Assembly (NCBI RefSeq): GCF_000150275.1 | Contig: NW_002060947.1 | Location: 7,363,880 to 7,427,879 of the forward strand | Origin: Trichoplax adhaerens | Lineage: Eukaryota; Animalia; Placozoa | Reading direction: 5' to 3' | DNA: 64,000 nucleotides | Notes under the pieces: generated by a model | Told to the model about the DNA's origin: nothing | Database searches by the model: none | The model's input: the letters and a program-made list of their open reading frames with translations, nothing else | Position numbers and translations under genes: made by a program | Shown: positions 59,701 to 64,000 of the stretch, one piece after another | Position numbering within the stretch: the stretch's first letter is position 1 | How the letters are laid out: each line of letters starts with the position of its first letter

Positions 59701-62700
59701 TCGATTGGCATTCATCAATGTCTATAATGATAATAAAATGCGATTAGATATTTGACTGGGTGCAAGATTCTATCCATTAGATCATTTAAAAGGCCTAACT
59801 ATGATACAATATTGCTACTTTAGTAATTACAACTACTTAGGTATATGTATAATAGTAAATTACGGTGATTCTTCTCTATGTAAAATCTATCACCGATTAC
59901 TCGACTAGTGCTATAAAGTTACTCTTAATAAATGTGTAGATCATTATTTGACTACATTCGCTATATAGTAAATAGAATTACCTGACTGGCATTGTAAACC
60001 TGTCCAGCCTGTATGGCAACTGCAAATATATGCATTAATTCGATGATAACAATCTCCATTAATACAAGGTTTGGATTGGCATTCATTGATATCTAGAGAA
60101 TTAATAATAAAATAGAATAGCTTGAATACTCGTATTAGCAAATAGTAGCTTCTTAATTAATGGATTGCAGTCTATCCTCCACGTAATCTAGCTAGATTTG
60201 AATTCCATAATATTTTAAGCAGCTTATTTATGCCTTTCTATATTAAAATATTTATGAATGAAAGAAAAAATTACTAGATACGTATAGTAATTGCGGAAAT
60301 TTAATTGTATGCATTTTCGAAGAAATGACCAGCTTTAATAATAGCTACGAAAATCAATATACTAAATAAATCTCGCTAAATTATAAATATTCCTTTTAAT
60401 TAGCGATGCATGGCTATGTAGCTATTGGTCCGATTGACAGATGTAAATTACATTATCGTTAAAAAGTGAGTTAGTTCAACTTGAAATCTTACTGAATTGA
60501 GAAATACCTGGTTTTAATATTAGTCTGCCTTAATCTTATACCTGTTTGGCAGTTGTATCCATCGTATCCTGGAAAGCAGCTACAGTTATAGGCCGCAATT
60601 TGATCATTGCAATTCCCATGAATGCATGGATTTGAGGAGCATTCATTAATTTCTAAAATCAAATAGATAATAGAAGTAAAGGCCTAGAAGGAAGTAATAA
60701 TCACGTTAGGAAGAGATTCAGTCTCACCTTGTTCACAAGTATTTCCAAAGTATCCTGCTTCACAGTCACAACGGAAGGAATTAACTTGATTTTGACATGT
60801 GCCAAAAATGCAAGGACTGGATTGGCATTCATTGATATCTGGAATAGAGTTTAAGTCGACCATTATAAAGGTATAAAAATTAATACACTCGTATCGATGT
60901 TCGATACCTGTTCTCTGTAAAAGACAATTATTAAATTGGAAAAGACTTTATACACTGAATATAACTTCATTACCTAAATCACAGCTAAATCCACTCCATC
61001 CTCCTTCGCATGTACAGTTATAATAATCGATGTAATCAAGGCAAGTGCCATGTTGGCAAGGACTTGATAAACATTCATTAATATCTACAAGGCAAGGAAA
61101 TTTATTAGTTAAAATGTAGGTGAAATCCTTCAATTTCAAGAAATTTCATTTACTGTTTTGGCAATGGATTCCAGTCCAACCAGGTTGGCAAGTACAGTTA
61201 TATCCATTAATGTAATCTTCACACATTGCTTGATTAAAGCAAGGTAGTGAGGCACATTCATTTACATCTATAGTTTATTACCATTTCATAAAATGATGCC
61301 AATAAATTAATGATAAATAGATCTCAATGACGAACAAACTCAGTTTTATCGACTCTGGAGTAAATCAAGTTACTTATTGAGCAAATAGTTCCTTTCCATC
61401 CTGGATCACATGTACAGTTGTAACTGTCTACTATATCTATACATTTTCCGTTGATACAAGGACTGGATTGGCATTCATCAATATCTAAAATAGGAATAAT
61501 TTTGATTTAGAACGGTGAAGAACGAATTATTTTACTTGACGAGAAGCTTTTAAGTCCCATACTTATATTACAGTTGGATCCTTTCCAACCGGAATCACAA
61601 GAGCAATTATATCCATTAATCAAATCTTGGCAGATACCGTAGATACAGGGCGAAGATTGGCATTCATCGATATCTATATTTGACAATTTAGATTGGACAT
61701 CGTGAGTAATTACCCTAGTTTATTTATACGTATCACCAATGAGGTAGGTAGGAGTCTAAAATTTCGATTGCGGTAAAATTTCTAGACTAACCTATATGGC
61801 AGTTGGTTCCATTCCAGCCACCGAAACAGGAACAACTATATTGATTTAAGTAATCGTTACAGAGTCCATTGGCACAGGGATTGGAATTGCATTCATTAAT
61901 TTCTAATTTAAAATGAACGGCATCGGTGAATACATTATCTTAATGGTATTTAGCAAATACAATAGAGCAAGAGATTATAGTTAAAATAAACTATAGAGAG
62001 GGGCTTGGCAAGCTTACCTTCGCTGCAATTGTAGCCTGTATAGCCTGCTGTACAGTTGCAGGTAAATTCATCAACAAAATCTGTACAAGTACCATGAATG
62101 CAAGGATTTGATGCACATTCGTTAATATCTATAGCATAATGAGAAAAATTTAATCAATCTTCCTAGTCACTAGTTACACTTTAAGCTACATTCTCCTGGC
62201 TACATTCCCTGGAAATTAAGTAATCGATGAACTACATTTACGATGATCATCAAACTAGATCCGGTATGAGTTGATAGGGTTCTTCGACCTCAAAGTTATA
62301 CGTAAACTAATCAACGGCAGAAACATGTAGAGAATAACTACTTATTGCTATAGTACATAGGCTTATGTTTAATGCATAGAAATGCATAAATCAATTATTC
62401 GATCCTTGTATGAATAATATTCAGATGTGATTGAAAGTCCTATCATGTATTGCCAATCGTGAAATCATTTTAACAAGTCTACACTGTCAGTATTGCGTTT
62501 ATATCTCACCCGTTTGGCATCGATGACCAGTATAACCGGGATCACAAATGCAAGTTAATGTTGAATTGCCTTCAGTATCGATGCAGGTTGCGTTATTTTG
62601 ACATATAGTCCCACACGTTCTGGTATCTAATTACGACAGCATGATACAATAATACAATAAATCATATATATTTATGATTAATCTATTCAAGCTAATACCG

Positions 62701-64000
62701 TATAAAGATGAATTTGTTAATACATGATTTCATAGCGATTTAGAAATTGTATTATGTTGATTTTTGGTTTTGAAAAATCGAAATTAAAATAAGCGTATTG
62801 TATTAGTTGATCAGTTGCCTAGAATAAATTATTGCAAAAAGTATGATCTATGTTACTTGACTGTAAAATTATTCTAATGAACTATAATAAAAACTGTAGC
62901 TAGTAGAAAGCTACAGAGTGGCCAACTCGACCTCTTATGAGCAAATTCGATGTCAATACTTTATATCTTGCAGTGCAATCTAACCTGAGACACTCATGCT
63001 ACTTTTAGATATTCTCGAAGAGCAGATGATTATTACATGCCATGCAAAAGGCAATAAGCCTCGTACTGGCTAGGGTTTACAGGTTGCTATCTTGCAATGA
63101 CCTACCTAGATGGATCAACTGAAGGTAATTCTCTTCGAAACCACACAGAAATGTTGGCTTTAATATCCAATAACGTGTTAGAATTATTTGACATGCTTGA
63201 TTACGTGTTTCTTGATAGGTTATTGAAGGCGAAGGAAGTTTAACACCAGGACAGTCTTGACCATCGTAGACTAGAGGCTGACCAATAGACGACGGAGCAA
63301 GATCTTCAGGACATACTACAGTTACATTGGCAGGTTCAAGGTATTCTTGCAACGGATAGGCAATAATAATTCTTTGCATGCCTTCAGCAGAAGTATTACA
63401 ATCATCGGATACAAACCAGTGTCGATCAATTTGTAGACCACAGCTTGAATTAGTGATCTGGTCTATATAAGAAATAGGATTGATTGTGCAGCGAAAATCA
63501 TCCGTTGCATTTGCATAGCCAGTAGTTATTGGGTTGGAGCTAATATTTTGAGGAGCACAACTCCTAGATGTCAAATTGGATGGGATAAAAAGTTGTAATG
63601 GAGATAGAATTAAATCTTCATCGATGCGTCCATCACCATCATCATCAATTCCGTTAGGCAATTCTTCATCTACTCGATAATCACAGTCATTATCCAATCC
63701 ATCAGCTGGTTTACCGATGGGTTTACAAATAAGTGATAACGATTGGCCTCCTGGGTATCCTAAACCTGTAGAAGAACCGGCACCATAAACTCCAACGCCA
63801 AAGACGACGTTAGGATCCAGATGATTTAAGGTGATGCTGCTATCTTGAGCTGGTATGGTGTAGTAAGCGACAGAAATATTAGTATTATTCACCAAAGACC
63901 AGGAAAAAGAGTAGGAAGCATTATTTAATAGCAAACCAGTTATCTGATCACTCTCTATTTGGATATAAACATGAATATCACCAGAAAAAGAAGCTCCAAG
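47800..64000 (-). CDS. Very large adhesion GPCR (5'-truncated by the window; exact stop uncertain)
   Basis: [28 protein letters not shown]|TVFSLL (51122-51231), [14 protein letters not shown]...CP....GNASRYC....WQQPDLTNC (53717-54118), Ig domain (54202-54580), 7TM exons 49020-50890 including CWLS...AFIGPA, 27 EGF exons and the large exon 63108-64000. Confidence 0.9.
55264..62627 (-). repeat. Array of 27 EGF-like domains, one per phase 1-1 exon (mostly 111 or 114 bp)
   Basis: Counted by eye. 25 start with the Ca-binding-type D/E-I/V-D/N-E-C consensus or a close variant (e.g. [35 protein letters not shown]); the two terminal repeats lack it. Confidence 0.9.

Noticed and set aside
55264-62627. 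Notch, Crumbs or fibropellin gene call for the EGF array
   Set aside because: No LNR, ankyrin, laminin-G or avidin domains seen; the downstream exons encode Ig-HRM-GAIN-7TM

Overview
AT-rich eukaryotic (animal) genomic DNA with many short GT-AG introns. The compact gene structure and gene content suggest a placozoan such as Trichoplax (inference, not verified). Left to right: (1) three tandem intronless AANAT/PAA1-like GNAT acetyltransferase genes, the middle one interrupted by a 417-bp solo LTR with a 5-bp target-site duplication; (2) a decayed TPR-COR-CARD (Roco-like) pseudogene with no visible Roc GTPase; (3) kynurenine 3-monooxygenase (-); (4) a repeat-rich divergent intergenic region with a foldback element; (5) NEK4-like kinase (+); (6) a dystroglycan-like gene (+); (7) ATP23 (-); (8) CCDC66-like (-) with a perfect RFX X-box upstream; (9) most of a very large adhesion GPCR (-), truncated by the window edge. 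Its ectodomain reads IgGFc-binding-N-like, Asp-rich DGxDNDCD motif, HYR-like repeats, 27 single-exon EGF repeats, Ig, HRM, GAIN/GPS, then 7TM. The GPCR is the most unusual element. Exon boundaries and translations were read by eye, so some termini are approximate.
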